A stretch of DNA of 64,000 nucleotides from contig LSRY02000027.1 in assembly GCA_001643675.2 (NCBI GenBank), forward strand, positions 186,001 through 250,000. Reading direction: 5' to 3'. Origin of the DNA: Monocercomonoides exilis PA203. Taxonomy: Eukaryota; Protista; Preaxostyla. The position numbers were made by a program, and so were the translations under genes. The notes beneath the pieces were generated by a model. That model was not told the origin of the DNA. It saw only the letters and a list, made by a program, of their open reading frames with translations, and ran no database searches. Numbering within the stretch: the stretch's first letter is position 1; the number at the start of each line of letters is the position of its first letter. Shown one piece after another: positions 1 to 14,400 of this stretch.

Positions 1-1
1 A

Positions 2-1978
2 ACTGAAGATGAAAAGGAGGAGAGAGAAAAGGAAGAGCGAGAAGAGAAAGAAAGAAAGAAAGAACGGGAAAAGAAGAAAGAGAAAGAAGAAAAAGAGAAA
101 GAAGAAAAAGAGAAAGAAGAAAAAGAGAAAGAAGAAAAGGGAGATAAAGATGATAAAATTGATAAAGAGGAAAAGGAGAAAGAGGAGAAAGAACCAAAAA
201 GCAAAGAAATTAATGCGATGGATATTGAAGAGAAAGAAAGTGAAGTTAAAGAGGAAACAACTGAAAAGCCAACGGAAGTTGTTGATCAGCCACTTCCAGA
301 ATGGCTTTCAACATTACTGCGCCAACCAGATCCTCCAACTCCATATTTATTTGACTTTAGCTCTCAGACAATAGAATCTGATCCATTTTCAGCGCTTCCA
401 TCAAATGCACTAGCAACTTCAATTCCTGCATCATCAACTGGATTGTTTTCCCCCACTCATCCTCATGCAGCTAAAAATGCTGCAAAAATGAAGTTTATGA
501 TACCACTTTCTTCATTAACAGACGACCAATTAAGATTTTTAGAGCAACAAGCTGTCAACATAACTATTGCTCTAAAAGCAATTAGAATTTTGAGAGATGG
601 GACTGAAGTGAACCACCTTGATGCCCCATTAAATTCTCTTCAAACTGACAACTCAAAGTCTGCATCTTCTTCTGCAAACATTAATGAAATAAAGAAAATC
701 GAAAATGAAGAAGGAAAGGAAGAATTTAAAACAATGACAACAAAAATTGAGCAAGCTTCGTGTCCACCATACCCGTCTTCAGACACATCATTGACACAGA
801 ATCAGCAAGTATTAGCTCCTAATGATGCAAGCTGTTCATCTCTCTCACCTCTTTCGCCTACAAGTTCAACTTTGAATGTAGAAAAATCTCAGTCCACTTC
901 TATTGAAAATAGTCAAGGTATAGTCAATGAAACTTCATCATCTTCTTCAACCATTTCACAAATTTCAGCGAATCCAACTCATTCTTCTCTCTCACAACCA
1001 TTACAAGAACAAACAAAATCAAACAAAAACGAAACTTCAAAAGATGCATTTTCTTCATTTGGACGAACTACGCATGTTGCAGCTCCTTATGTCAATCCAG
1101 CATTCCTTCATCCGCTTTCATTGGCATATCCAACAATTACCACTCCTCAATATTCGGCATCTTCATCAGACGCAGATTCAGCTAATTCTTCGAATGCATC
1201 ATCAAGTATTCTACCTACTCCTTTCATTCATCCTGCACTTCTCGAATCCTACTCACTTCCTCCGCTTCCAGAGATAACTCACACTCCTTTTGTGCTTCCA
1301 TCGAGCATTATCCAGTCAGCACCAATTTCTTCCCCTCTCTCACCAACTCCAAGCGTAGCATCCACCGCAACACAGCAAAATGTCTCCATCACCAGATCCA
1401 CTTCAACCACTTCGACTTCAACAACTTCATCACATACAGCAGCACATAAACGCAAAGTTTCTGTCGCTGAAGAAACAGCAAAGAACAGAATCAAAAAGAA
1501 GAAGAAGGCAAAGATTTCCAGCTCTTCATCAGCTGATATTTGGGAGGCTGTCTCACCAAAAGAATCGGCTATCTCGCTTCAGGAGAAAAAGAAGATAAAT
1601 CGATTGAGAGAACTGAGAACAAGACGTAGAGAGAGGATGAGACGAAGGAATATGGGAGAGCAAGTGAGCGAGACCGATGAAGAGGAACGAAGAGAGTTTG
1701 AAGAACTGGCAAAAGGGGAGGATAAAGCAAAAGGAATGAAGGGAAATCCAGTAGAGCTGATATCTGAAGATAAAGACCATAATCAGGCAAATCCAATAAT
1801 TGTACCAGAAACACCTATGGAAATTATAAAAGTTGAAAAAGATGATGAACAAAAGATGGAAATAGAAAAGCCAGATGATAGCGAAGATATTTCCAGTCCA
1901 GAAACTGAAGAAGCTCCAGAGCCACTTCAAGAATTACCTCACACGGAAAACGAAGACAAAAAAGAATTACTTAACTAG
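2..1978 (+). CDS. 3' part of a low-complexity (E/K-, S/P-rich) protein with basic NLS-like patches; 5'-truncated by the window edge
   Basis: The frame of ORF 218..1978 stays open back to position 2 (TEDEKEEREKEE...) and ends in TAG. No recognisable domain. Confidence 0.75.
   Translation, partial: TEDEKEEREKEEREEKERKKEREKKKEKEEKEKEEKEKEEKEKEEKGDKDDKIDKEEKEKEEKEPKSKEINAMDIEEKESEVKEETTEKPTEVVDQPLPEWLSTLLRQPDPPTPYLFDFSSQTIESDPFSALPSNALATSIPASSTGLFSPTHPHAAKNAAKMKFMIPLSSLTDDQLRFLEQQAVNITIALKAIRILRDGTEVNHLDAPLNSLQTDNSKSASSSANINEIKKIENEEGKEEFKTMTTKIEQASCPPYPSSDTSLTQNQQVLAPNDASCSSLSPLSPTSSTLNVEKSQSTSIENSQGIVNETSSSSSTISQISANPTHSSLSQPLQEQTKSNKNETSKDAFSSFGRTTHVAAPYVNPAFLHPLSLAYPTITTPQYSASSSDADSANSSNASSSILPTPFIHPALLESYSLPPLPEITHTPFVLPSSIIQSAPISSPLSPTPSVASTATQQNVSITRSTSTTSTSTTSSHTAAHKRKVSVAEETAKNRIKKKKKAKISSSSSADIWEAVSPKESAISLQEKKKINRLRELRTRRRERMRRRNMGEQVSETDEEERREFEELAKGEDKAKGMKGNPVELISEDKDHNQANPIIVPETPMEIIKVEKDDEQKMEIEKPDDSEDISSPETEEAPEPLQELPHTENEDKKELLN
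76..138 (+). repeat. Coding 15-bp tandem repeat (aaagagaaagaagaa, about 4 copies; KEKEE)
   Basis: Read directly from the sequence. Confidence 0.8.
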
Positions 1979-2434
1979 AATCAGCCACTACAAATCAATT
2001 GCATTTCATTTCGGGGAGAAATAGAGTTTTGAATATTATCTTAATTATAAATCAAAAGTAGTTTCTGCCTGCTCTTATCTGCTAACACTTCATTTAAATG
2101 AATTTCTTCAATACAGAAAGCAAAGTTTTTTTCAATGAAATTGAAAGTTTTTTCTTGATAATTAAATTTAGTTTTATTTTTTATTTTTTTGTTGTTTTAC
2201 AAAGTTAACATTTTACAAAAGAAATAAAATCGATGCAATAAACGTCTTAATTTTTTATTCTAAAGTGATGATAAAAACACCTCATAAGCATGAGTATTCT
2301 TTTGGAATAACAAAAAATAAGATCAAAATTTGAAAACAAAATAAACAGAAATTCAACAAACAGCAAAACGAAAATATTCAATGAGCAATTTAATTTGTAA
2401 AAATCAATATTATTCGGGATATGATACTTTTTTT

Positions 2435-5400
2435 CTACTTTTGGTTTTCTTCTTTCTTTTTCTCATGGCTATTTGTTTTCTTTTTTCCATCTGAAGAATT
2501 TTCATCACAAATAGCATCTGTAATAGTTAGTATCACCGCATTTGCCGGGAAATGTGTAATAAATTCTCGTTTCATACCAAACAGTGTTGGCCTATCTGTT
2601 TGATTCTCCGAAAGTGAAATCCGAATAAATTCCAAATAATTAGACTTTTTCACGTGTTCTAAATTAGGCCTTTCTCCATTCACTATCTTCTGCCCAGCCA
2701 CCTCTGCCTCATACTCGCCAAATGGCACATCAAGCGTCAAACACTCCCACAGCATCATCCCGATCGAGAATGCAACTGATTCCTTTGTCGCTCCCATCTT
2801 CTTGTTCACCTGCAGCTCAGGTGCCTTCCACCTCAAACACTCTTTTTTGAAACTATCTTCATCTTCAAATGCTGATGAAGGAGGAGGCGAGTCGGTGAAT
2901 CTCTCGCTCAGCACCGAAATGTTGGAGGACGAAGAAACAATGGTCAGTGAAGAGACGGATGATGAATCTGAGTCTGAGGAGCAGTCTGAGTGGAGGGCAA
3001 TGCAGATCACCATGTGTTCTGAGAACAGCACAATGTGAGGACTGAGATTGGCCAAAGAGGAAAGTTCATTTTCCATTTCGTCAAAGGAGTGAAGAGCAAG
3101 ATTAGCCACCCAGAACAGGATTTGGGCAGCTGTCATCTCTCTCTCCTTAAGAGTGCCAATAGCCATCTCCTTCTTGGCATTCCTCCCATGCAACAGCATG
3201 AACAGAGAATCCCTCAAATCCACAATCAGCTTCTCATGAGGGGATGAGCATGCCATCGCATCCACCAGGTTCGACATGGATGAAGTGGTGGGGCACAGAT
3301 CCTCTCCACATATAAAAGAAGAATCTGAATCAGTCGTTGAAGTGGTGGAAGTTGATGAAATGGATGGAGAAGGTGTTCTTTTCCTTGTCTCTTCTTCTTC
3401 AACCTTTTCCAATGCCCATTCTGGGATCTTGTCTGAGTCTCTCCCCAGAATGTATTCAGTTGAACCACACTCGCTCAGCAAATGCTCTGAAGATTCTGAA
3501 TGTTCCATTGTTTTCTCATATACCCTCTTCTTTATCCTCTCTTCATTCTTCTTTTCTGCCTCCCTCTCCGCTCTTCTCCACTGCTCTTCTGGAGACATCT
3601 CCATCGTAACCATTTCAAATGCCTTTGGATCCTTCCTAACTGTATCATTCACAATCTCCTCGAGTTCTTCTGTTCGTTCTTTGGCTTTCCTCCATCGGAC
3701 AGCAAGTGCAATGCAGATAATGAAAACTAAAAGAAATAGCACAGCAAATAATATTAATGTTACAATTTTCCAGTCAGTATTATTGATATTCCCTTTTGAT
3801 ACGTTTGCTCCTTCACTATTTGCAAATGTTCGATTTTTCAAAATCCATTTATTTGTTTCGCTTGGAGAAGATGATTGACCATACAAAATCGAAGCTGACA
3901 CTTCTGTTTCCTCGGATGCAGAAGAAATAACCTTCAAAGGGATTGAAATATTTACCTCATTCTCAGAAATGTAACCTTCTTCAGAAAAATAATAAGTTTC
4001 GTATAAAAATGCATCTCCAATCGCTGAGCATATGCGCAAAGAAATATTACAAGGAAGAAGGAGAATTCCTGTGATCAACAAGCGTAAATCATCTTCAACA
4101 TCTTCTGTCTGAATAGAACGAATTGCTGGAATAAAAAACACAGATGATCTTTCTGAGGCAATTCCTTTCAAAGTGCATCCTTCATTCAAAAACCAGAGTG
4201 AAGAATTCTTCTCCTGTCCATCTCCTCCCTTTAAACTCACAACATTCAGCTCTGCTCCTTCATCACAAATAACATTTCTTCTCGGAGATGGATAACCATC
4301 TATCAAAATCTTATTATTAGAAAATTCACTTTTTTCAACTGAAAGGCTTCCACCTGTGATAGACAAGCCTCCTTTAAAAGAATTCATAAACATAGAGTCT
4401 TTAATTGAAATTGAACTTTTGTCTAAATCAATTATTGAGCCATTCCAATGGCAAATATCATTCATATATCCGTTTCCTTTCTTTCCTGTTGATACATCCA
4501 ATTCCACTCCATCAAACAAGCAAGATTCAATGCTTCCATTTTTGCATGATGATAATGCTATTGTATATCCTTTATCCAATGTCGAACAACACTTTTCAAA
4601 AGTGCAATTTAAAAGCTTCAGTTCCAGCGCATTTGGTTGTGAAGACAAAATGGAAGAATGGCTACTATTGCAAGAGACGTTCAAAAATGAACATAGTGCA
4701 GCTGAGAAATTGTGAAAAGGAGAACCACTTTCATTTGTCTTGCTTTCTGAAAGATCAAAATTATAAATTGAAGATGACTTCAGAGTAACGTCTGATGCGA
4801 ATAACTTTTCGATCTCAAGTCTACAACTGTCAGCTAAATTGAAAACAGATGGCTGACTTGATAAAGAAGTCAAATTAACTTGTGATATTTTGATGGAAGA
4901 ATGAAAGCCCATTATCGCAGGATTTTCGAGAAACAATAACTCAGAAATCTGACAATCGCTAATGGAAACAGAACTTCTTCTTGAAAATACAATTCCAAAA
5001 GGCAATTCTGATAGAGACGCAGGATCAGATGCTGAAAATGAGCAGCGACTAATGCTTAAAACTCCTGAGTCGATAGTTAAAAGTGTTTCATGTGCCGAAT
5101 CGGAATCTGCTTCAAATGCGAATGCCAAAAGAACTAATTCAACGGTTTCATGGCAAATAATTACGGAAGATCTTGAAGCAGAAATTGATGACTCAACTTG
5201 AACAATAGCCGAAGTGTAGCTGCGGGATGTGAAGGTCAAATCGCCTAGATCAAATTCTGTATTGATTGCAACTTCATTTATCACAACAAGCTGACTCTTG
5301 TAATCGAAAGTCAAATGAGTTGATGCATATTGGACAGTTCTGCACGGAAGTGACTGAGTGCCACACTTTTTGTTGTCTTCATTTGCAGTTGTGCTGTCAG

Positions 5401-8400
5401 TTGAGATAAAAATGATATCAGACTGGTGAATCACAATAAATTCCATCAGATTGACGGGCTCTGAATTATATTCAACTTCATCTATCCCATAAATAGCATT
5501 AAAGCTATTGTAATGAGTTTCTCTTAATTCAAAGCGAAATTGTGTCTCGTTAATCTGTGTCTTTATATTGAAGCATGCAACAAAGATATCACGACCAATT
5601 TTAGCAGCATTGGAGCTAAATGTCATATTTCTGAACAAAAAGTTTAGATCCCCAGTGAGAGACGAGGTGAGATATACACCTCCACCTCTTCCTTGAGAAG
5701 TGGAGCAACTGCATTGTTCAACGGAAGAATTCACCAAAACGAAACTACTTCCTCTTGTCAGTACGTTTTTAATAACTCCTCCTGAAAGCGAAGTACTTGA
5801 ACGGACGTCATTGAAAATAGTATTACTTATTTGTGTAACTGAAGGATTTGCTTTTTCAGCACTGAGTACGCAAGGTACACTGTCTTGACTATTAGCAGAA
5901 TTTATTACAGATGCATTTATCATCAAGGAAGAAGATACAGAATTTTTTAACAGATTTCTTCCATCTGGCAAGAAATACTCAATAATACTTCCATCAGTTA
6001 TGTTGATCATTGAAATTTGCAGCTTTTCAATATTCGCAACACAGTTTGAACGAGTAACAATAACGCTTTTTCCGAAATTGGCTTGCTCAATAAATAGTTC
6101 GTTAACAAATAGTTCACCTTCCTTAAGTGAAACAAACGAGTAATTAGCAGGCGAAGTGGATGTAGAATTTGTGCACAAAGAGCAGGCCAAAAATGTTAAT
6201 AAGCCTTCTTTGCTCTCAATAATTGTTCCTTTTTCATTAAAAAAATTGCTTTCAATTGAAAAAGTGATTTGATTAAATGTAAGCTTTCCAGTGTTTGATA
6301 AGAAAACATCAGAATCTTCGTTCCTCTCATTCTTTTGAATGAATATAATTGCCCTCAACTTTTCTGATAACTCAACTGCGGATGATTGAATCAAATAATC
6401 TGATAAAACATATGAGTCTTCCAAAGTTGTTGATACTGAAAGACTCATCTCCTTTTCTGCTGCAATCTGATTCATTCTCTGATATCCTGTCCAAAACGAG
6501 TTGCATGGGTCATTGCGGCTCCCGCATCTCAGCACATCAAATCCTAATGAAGAAACGTAAATCAACGAAGAAGTATATGATATTAGAAAGCGTAAGAGAT
6601 CTGTTTCGTTAAAAGTTCCGTCTTTCCCCGCAAAAAGTGCTGAATCATTGCCATAAGACTCAAAAGGAAAAAGAAATGATTGGTTTGTGACGGTTTTGTT
6701 CAAAGAAAATGATGAGACAAATAAACATTTTCCAACCTTAGCATTGTTTGAATCTTGAACAATACTGTCCAACACAAAAGGAAGCAATAGTGATGACTGA
6801 GTGCAATCCAAATATAAAAAGCCTCCTTTTCCGTTTGATAAAGATGCTTCGCATTTATTTGCAGTTGTATTCTTGATTAATAATGAAGATGAATCTGACA
6901 GAGAAACTTTCAATGCTCCTCCTTCTTCAATAGGTGTTTTCACACTCGAAAAAGAACAGTTTTCAATGTTTGCCTGGCAAGATGCCTGAAAAGGTGTATG
7001 AGTAAACGACATCAAAGAAATAGTTGTTTTGTTGAGAATGAGAGAACTGCCACTTGCAGAAAGAAGCGAATATTTCACTTGCTCCATTGAATTTTCCTGG
7101 AAAATACAATTCTGAAATGAAATTGAAGCTTCTTGACCTGATGTTGAAACAAGTGAGTTACGATCAGTATTGAACTTTGATGGAAGGATAAAAGCGATTG
7201 AATCAAAAATCAAAAATTCAGAAGTCATAATAATGGATTTCCCAGAGTTGTCTGATATTTCTTGAGAAATAGTTAAATTTGCTCTTTGTGGAAACGAAAT
7301 TGACTGAATTGTGAAAGAAGAAAGATCATAACAATCTTTTAATTGTACTTCCGCATTAATCCAAAGAATGATATTCTCATCTTTCTGAATATTTTGATAG
7401 CCTCTCCAGAAAGAAGCGCAAGGGTAAGTTCTGCTTCCGCATCCAACCATATCGAATCCAATTGAAGACACAAACACTTCTGAGCTGAGATATTGAACAA
7501 GAAATAGCAAAAGATTATGATATCCTTCTTTAAAATATGATGCATCCTGCCCCATCAAATCTAAATTTTCGCCTTCAACCTCATTTGTGAAATTTAAAAG
7601 AAATCGTTTGGTGTCAATAGAAGCATTCAGGTCTGTTCCAAAAAAGAAAATGTCTCTTCCAACAGAAGCAATGTTTGATTTCATTTTCAACTCCGAGAAA
7701 AGATATGTTGTGCTTATCTCTGTAACAAGATTGAGAAAAATTCCTCCTCCCTTTCCATTTGTGAGGCCTGCTTTACACTCTTCAATTGTCGAATTACTGA
7801 TTTCAAATGCTCCATTCATATCAATTTCGATATGAAAGGCTCCCCCATCCATTCGAAGTGAAGTGAAATTTTCAAAAGTGCAATTATCATTAATATTCGC
7901 AGAAGTTGATCCCAAAAAAGTTAGAGATGATAAGTCTGAATTGACGTTACGGAAAGTCGAATTTTGCATTGAAACTGTTCCACTTTCAGCTCGAATAATC
8001 CCCTTTTCGCTTCCAAAAGAAAAACCTTCAAGCAAAACCTTGTCTAATTGAAAAGATCCTCCATTGATTTGTGCAATCCACAAGTTGATTGGATCATTCA
8101 AATTATCGTCTCCCATAAATGTGCAGTTTGTAATTGAGCATTGACCAGAAAAGATTGAAAATAGCTCTTCGTGTGCCACTGAATCATCTATTGTGAATGC
8201 CAATTGACGGATGTTGTAAAACAGTTTGTCATTTCCATTCAGCACAAAATGAGCATCTCTTTCGATGGCTACATTCAGTTGGGTTGTCCCTTTCCCTTGA
8301 ATGTTCAAGGATATGCTGCGGGCTATCTCAACATCAAGAAATGTGTTATCTGTTATCCTAAGAATATTTTGCGAATCCTTCATGATTTTGAATCCATGTC

Positions 8401-11400
8401 CAATATCTTTGCAAGGCAAAGGTTCAGTTCCACAGCCTTGTCCATTTGTATAATTCCCGTTAACAAAGACAATATTTTCTCCTTCAGGAAACAAAAATGC
8501 AAGAATAGAAATATTAATTGCAGGTGTTGACGAATTATCATAAACCCAAAATCGATCTTCATCAAAATCTTCTTCGATTGATCCTTCCCAAAAAGATGGG
8601 TTTAGCATGACGCTTGGCTCCTGGCATTGTAAGTATATGTCTTTTCCTATATTTGCCTTATTATTAACAAAAGTATCTGCTTTTATTCCATATTTCGCAT
8701 TAACACTTGACAAAGTGAGATGGATGCCTCCTCCTTGACCATCTGGCGTTTCTTCAACTGAACTTTCATTGATTGTGCTCTTGATAAATGAAAATGTTCC
8801 TCCACTTTCTGTTATCACTTTGACACTTCCTCCTTTCCCATTATCGTCCAAACAAGAGATAAGTGTAAATGAGCAGTTTTTGGCTTCAAACACCTTTTCA
8901 TCTCCAATATTCCCATTTACAACACAACCATTGCCATTTTCTCTTGTTAGCTGAGAATATGTGTTGTTATTCATTGTCACTGATGCTTTCTCATCAATTG
9001 TAAGCATTGGACTATTTGCATATTTCGAATCGGACACAGTAGAATTTTCAAAGCTAATACCACTTTCATTAGACACAGAAATCAACCCACGCAAATGCGA
9101 GCTTGTCACATTCACCCATTTGATATCTTTCATTGTCCCTTTAGTCAATCTGCCAGAGAATACAAAGATTGAAGCAGTCGCAAATGCAATGTCATTTGAG
9201 GTAAAATTCTTTATTTCAACGTTTCCATTGGAAGTCATCAAGAAAGAATACGAAGGATTCACCAAAGAGGCAGTGATAACACAATTTGCAATTGTTAATG
9301 TGCTTTCTGAACATAAAAGAAAACTTTTTCTTGGAACATTAAAAGATTGAGGAAGTGAATAAACGATTCCGTCAAATGTGACTTGAACTTTTGTTTCAAT
9401 CAAAGCGTCTCCTTCACCAATCCCTCCTTCAAGAACTTCAATTGGCTCAGAAGAAAGAGATGCTATCGAAATAGGTTTGGCTGAAAGCAAGAGATGATCT
9501 AAAAATGAAAAAGATTGTAAAAGCTGTATAGATGCGTTTGATGAAGGAAAACGTGCTTCTGCAGCAAATGGGATTGTCAAACAGGGAAAATCTTTGAAAC
9601 CACATTGAGAATAATCCATTCCTCCATTGCCAACAACACAAGGTGAATAAAACGTTCTGAGGAACAGCACAAGTGGAACAGGAGATGACCTATAATTCTC
9701 TTCGGTTCCCATAAACTCATCAAGGTCAGGCTGATCATCAACGTTTATTTTCATCTGAAATGCAAATTTTGAAGAATGAACAAGTTTTTGAAGAGAGCCA
9801 CATTCAAGAAAGATATTCTTCCCACCATTTATGGCCACGTTAGCTGCTTCGCCAGATCCAAAAGAGAGCGTTCTGAGAACAAAATTAGCTGCTTGTTCTG
9901 CGCATATCAACATTAATGCCCCACCATATCCTCCTTTTGAGTTATCTTCTTTCGCAGCACATTTCTCAAATGACGTAATAGAATCATTGTTTCCTATTTT
10001 CAGTTGTGCGTTTCCTGAAAGAGAAACATATGCACCTCCGCCACAACCTTTCATTGCTTGGCAGCTGTCAAACGTATTATTGGGCATAAAAATTGACTGG
10101 CCTGAGTCAAGCAGTGCATTAACTGCACCTCCATTTCCTTCTCTTCTCCAAAGTCCATCGAATGTGCATTCAGAAATATTCAATGAATGCCCATTCAGAT
10201 CACAAATAGCAGGGCAATTTGTTGCTGAATTATCAATGAAAGATGAGCCCTGGATGGAAAATGTGCCTGTTGAAGTGTAGTATATAATTCCTTTATCATC
10301 AGGCCCCTTAACTGAAGAAAAAATGCAAGAATCAACAGAAGATGAAGCTTCATTAATGAGCTCAATGAAAGGAAAAGAAGAGAATGTCAATCCATCGATA
10401 TTTAAACCAGTGAGGCAAAATAGTCCTCCAGTTACAACAGCAAAAGCATATTGTATTTGGTTTGGAGCTGAAGTTGCAACTGTGCATTCATCAATAGTTA
10501 AAGTGCCTGATGATGAAAAAAAGAGGCTATTGCATCGTTGGAATGAATTTGGAAGAGCAAACATAAGTAATTTGAAGGTGGATGTAACACTGTTTTTAAT
10601 CAGCCCTTCCAAATTATCAACTGGATTCGACGATACAGTAAATTTTGATTGAACATCATTTGCTAAAAACGAATAGCTTCCAGTTGAAAGTGACAATTCC
10701 CCAAAAAGTTCAGCTTTCAGAACAATAACGCAGTTCAAACCTTGTGCAGCATTCCACCGATCGAATGCATAGTCAATTGTAACGCATGGCGCATCATTAT
10801 AACCACATCTCTCAAAATCAAATTTGTTTAATCCTCCAACAGTGATGGGAGATGGGTTTTGTCGAAGATATGTCACTAACGGAATGCAATAAGTTTCGTT
10901 ATTATTTTCGTATCCATTAAGTTCAGTGATCACATCCGTGTTAGGAGAAAATCCAAATGTTTCTTTGTTCACAATTTTTGAGAAATTGGTTGCCCGAAGA
11001 AATAAATTCGTTCCTGTTCGATTAGCAGAGCAATCAATAAATTGAATTGAATTCAGTTTTAAATTTTCAAACGATTTTACAAGATTTAAATATATTCCTC
11101 CTCCAAAACCTCCAATGGCAGATGTCATTTGAGCCTTACATGCATTAAATATGACATTCTTTGTTTCTCCAATACGCAGAATGCTTCCAGCTTCCATCGA
11201 AAGAGCAATTCCTCCTCCATTTCCTTGAGAGCAAATCCCTCCAATTTCATTATCATCAATTTTTATTATTTGTTGTGATCCAGCTGTGCCAGATATTACA
11301 GCTCCGTTTCCGGAACTCAAAACAATTCCTGAAAATGTGTTGTTACTAATCTCACTCTCAAGTGCTCTGTCTATCTCTATCAAAGATCGAGTTCCATTCA

Positions 11401-14400
11401 TCTCGGATATAAATGAAGTATTTGTAACGGTTAAATAAGAATTGGATTCAAGAAGTATCAAGCTTGAATAACCACTTGGAATAATATTTAATGCTTGAGT
11501 AGAATAAACACTCAGATGGGATGTACTTCCTATGCAATGAACAAATGGAGCGTTTGAAAATGAAAGAGATTCAGCTGTAACACGTAATACTATTAAGCTT
11601 CCTTTTTCAACTTTTGCAAAAGAAAAAGGAACAGAAGTAACATCAACATCTCCTTTTATTGTGCATTCTTTGATTGTGCATTTTGCGGAATCTTCTTGCA
11701 GATAGAATGCAGTTGTCTGAGTTGAGAATAGCCGCGCTTGTAAAAGAAATGTAATTGAGCTGAAATCAGTCACGCAATTAATTGTCATCACTCCAACAGA
11801 AGCAATATCACAACCAATCCAATGAACAGCAGATTCTTGGTCCTTTCCAACAAAAGAAATATCACTTAATTCAGAGAGAGAAAGTGTTTCGTTCATATGA
11901 TAATCAGAATCAAACGAAATAGATTTGTACTGGGCTTGCTGAGAAAGCGAGTATAAAATGGTTTGACATTTGAACGCTGCAAATCCACACGCAACTATAT
12001 CGTTCCCATCTTCTCCGACACTAATTTTATCTTCTCTGCTTTTTAAGATGTACAGAAGAGGAATTGCGGTTGATGGAGTTGCACCATCAATTCCCATTGC
12101 CTCCTCTTCCGTAAATGTAGAAGAAAAATAAGTAATAGTTTCGTTTGTAATGCTTTTCAAAAGTGAAGGAGATGAGACAAACAAATCTCTTCCATATAGA
12201 GCATTATTATTGGTAAATGATGGATTTATAATTGAAAAATCAACAATTGCCTCTCTCAAATTCAAATATATTCCTCCTCCATTCCCAGACTGTGCTGTGC
12301 ATTGACTCAATTCCGTAAAAGCGCTCAATCCTCCAAAAGAAAAATGACATCCTGAACCAAGAGTTAATGCAATTCCTCCTCCATTGCCGTTTGTGCTTGA
12401 ACAGTTCTCAATACTCACATTAGCTATTTCGAATCGTTCACCAGAAATAAGTTCATACGAAAATATTGGACCATCTCCTTTCTCTCGGACAATATTTTTA
12501 ATATATGCTCCATTAAAAACTAATTGAGTGCTCTTAGAAAGTGTAAATAATGAGCATTCGTCGAATGTGATTGAATGAATATTACAATCCTCCAGGAGCG
12601 CTTTTCCATCTTCCAACTGAAAAAAAGGTGTATAAAAAGCATCATTTGATGTTGAAGCAGTCACATTGCAATGAAAAAGATGAAGACTGCCATATGATTC
12701 ATTTATGGTGATTAATGAAGCACTTTTTGAAAGGATTTGATCGTGACATATTGTTATGTCTTCCACTGAAAGTGATCCATATCCAATTGAAACAAATGAT
12801 TTAGATGAAGTATTTGATTTTATTGTGACTGTTTGGATGTTGTCAGCTTTTCGGATGTTCACAGCACGCCCGATAATATCAATTTTGTTCTCGATGATGT
12901 TCTCTGAACAAATGAGAATTGCTTCATGGCGATGACTAACCCACTGAGAAAGGCTAAATTGGATTGATTTGCATTCATCCCCTATATTTCCACAATTAAA
13001 ATGATCTCCATCGGTTTTTGAATGATTGACGTAAATAGGATCGTTCACAGTTGGCACGTCCGGAAGCCATTCGCTTCTGTCTGTTGAACCCAAAGCGACT
13101 CTTTTATTGCTCTGTGAAGATGAAAATGAACAAATGAACCAATCAATGGATGCAATCAATTCAGAACCTTCTTTAAAAATAATGTCTGTTCCATTGTCTT
13201 CAGATGCAATGTTATTATCAAAGAAACAAAAATGAATCAAGCATCGTGCTTTCCCGCTTGGACGTGTCCATGTTATTGCTCCTCCTGTTTTGTATGCAAA
13301 ATTGTTTTCGAATAAGCAATCAAAAAACCTATCTTCACCTCTCATATCAGCAATATGAAAAGCTCCAGAATAACATGTTTCTGCTCTATTACTTTTAAAT
13401 ATGCTATTAACAAATGTGGACCCTTGATGCATCTCTAAATTTAGTGCTCCTCCAGCATAACCACAAATACAAGAATCAAAACAACATTGATCGAATTCGC
13501 CAGTTCCAAAAAATAAAGTTAATCCGGCTCCAAAAACATCATTAAGGATATTTGTTTTGATTAACTTGCAACATGAAAAATTGTCTCTTTTCAGATAACA
13601 ATTCTGAGTTGACTCCGAATAAATTGCACCACCTCTGCTCGAATATTTATCGGAAGTTCCGGTGCAATTCGTAAAAGTGCTATCTTTAACTAACAAAGAA
13701 GCTGTTCCAGTTATACGAATTGCTCCTCCACTCCTATCTGTTGAAGTTATATTTTCAAATCTGCATGACTGAAAAGATACAGAACCTTCTGAAAATGATC
13801 CCAATGGAACTGAATAATTTTGTTTTACATAAATCGTTTTTGATCTTAAAAATGAAGAATTAAATGAGTGAAAACCATTTCCCATTTCTGCACAGATAAC
13901 GGTTCCATCAAAAGGATTGGCGCAATCAGATAGTTCACAATTAATTAAGCAGCTTTCTTGTTTATATGACTTTGAGCGAACAAGTGCTTCGTGAAAGTTT
14001 CGAGCGCTTTGAGTTGTATTCAAGAAAAAACAATCAATTACAGTTGTTGAAATGTATTCGCTCGCAATTAGTGGAGAACAAGAGTTGATAACTATATGTT
14101 CAAATGCTGAATGTGAAATTCTAACTGTATTTATATTTGATGGAAGTTGATCCATTTCAACGAGTGTTGGACAAATACTTGTGATTTTAGGTAATATTAA
14201 AGTCAGATTTGAAAAGCATACATGTCCTGATGATAGCAAAACTGGATTTTTAAAAACTTTGAAAGATATTTGAAAACAGCAACATCGAACAGATGTTTCT
14301 GATGCATGATTGAGCATTGCAATATTTTTTCCTTCTTCTTGAAAAAAGTTGCAGAAAGAAAAAGAAACTGAAGAATTTCTCTCAGAAAATAAAGAAGAAA

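Noticed and set aside
9-374. K/R-rich protamine-like ORF (also 43826-44452)
   Set aside because: Off-frame reading of E/K-rich coding sequence.
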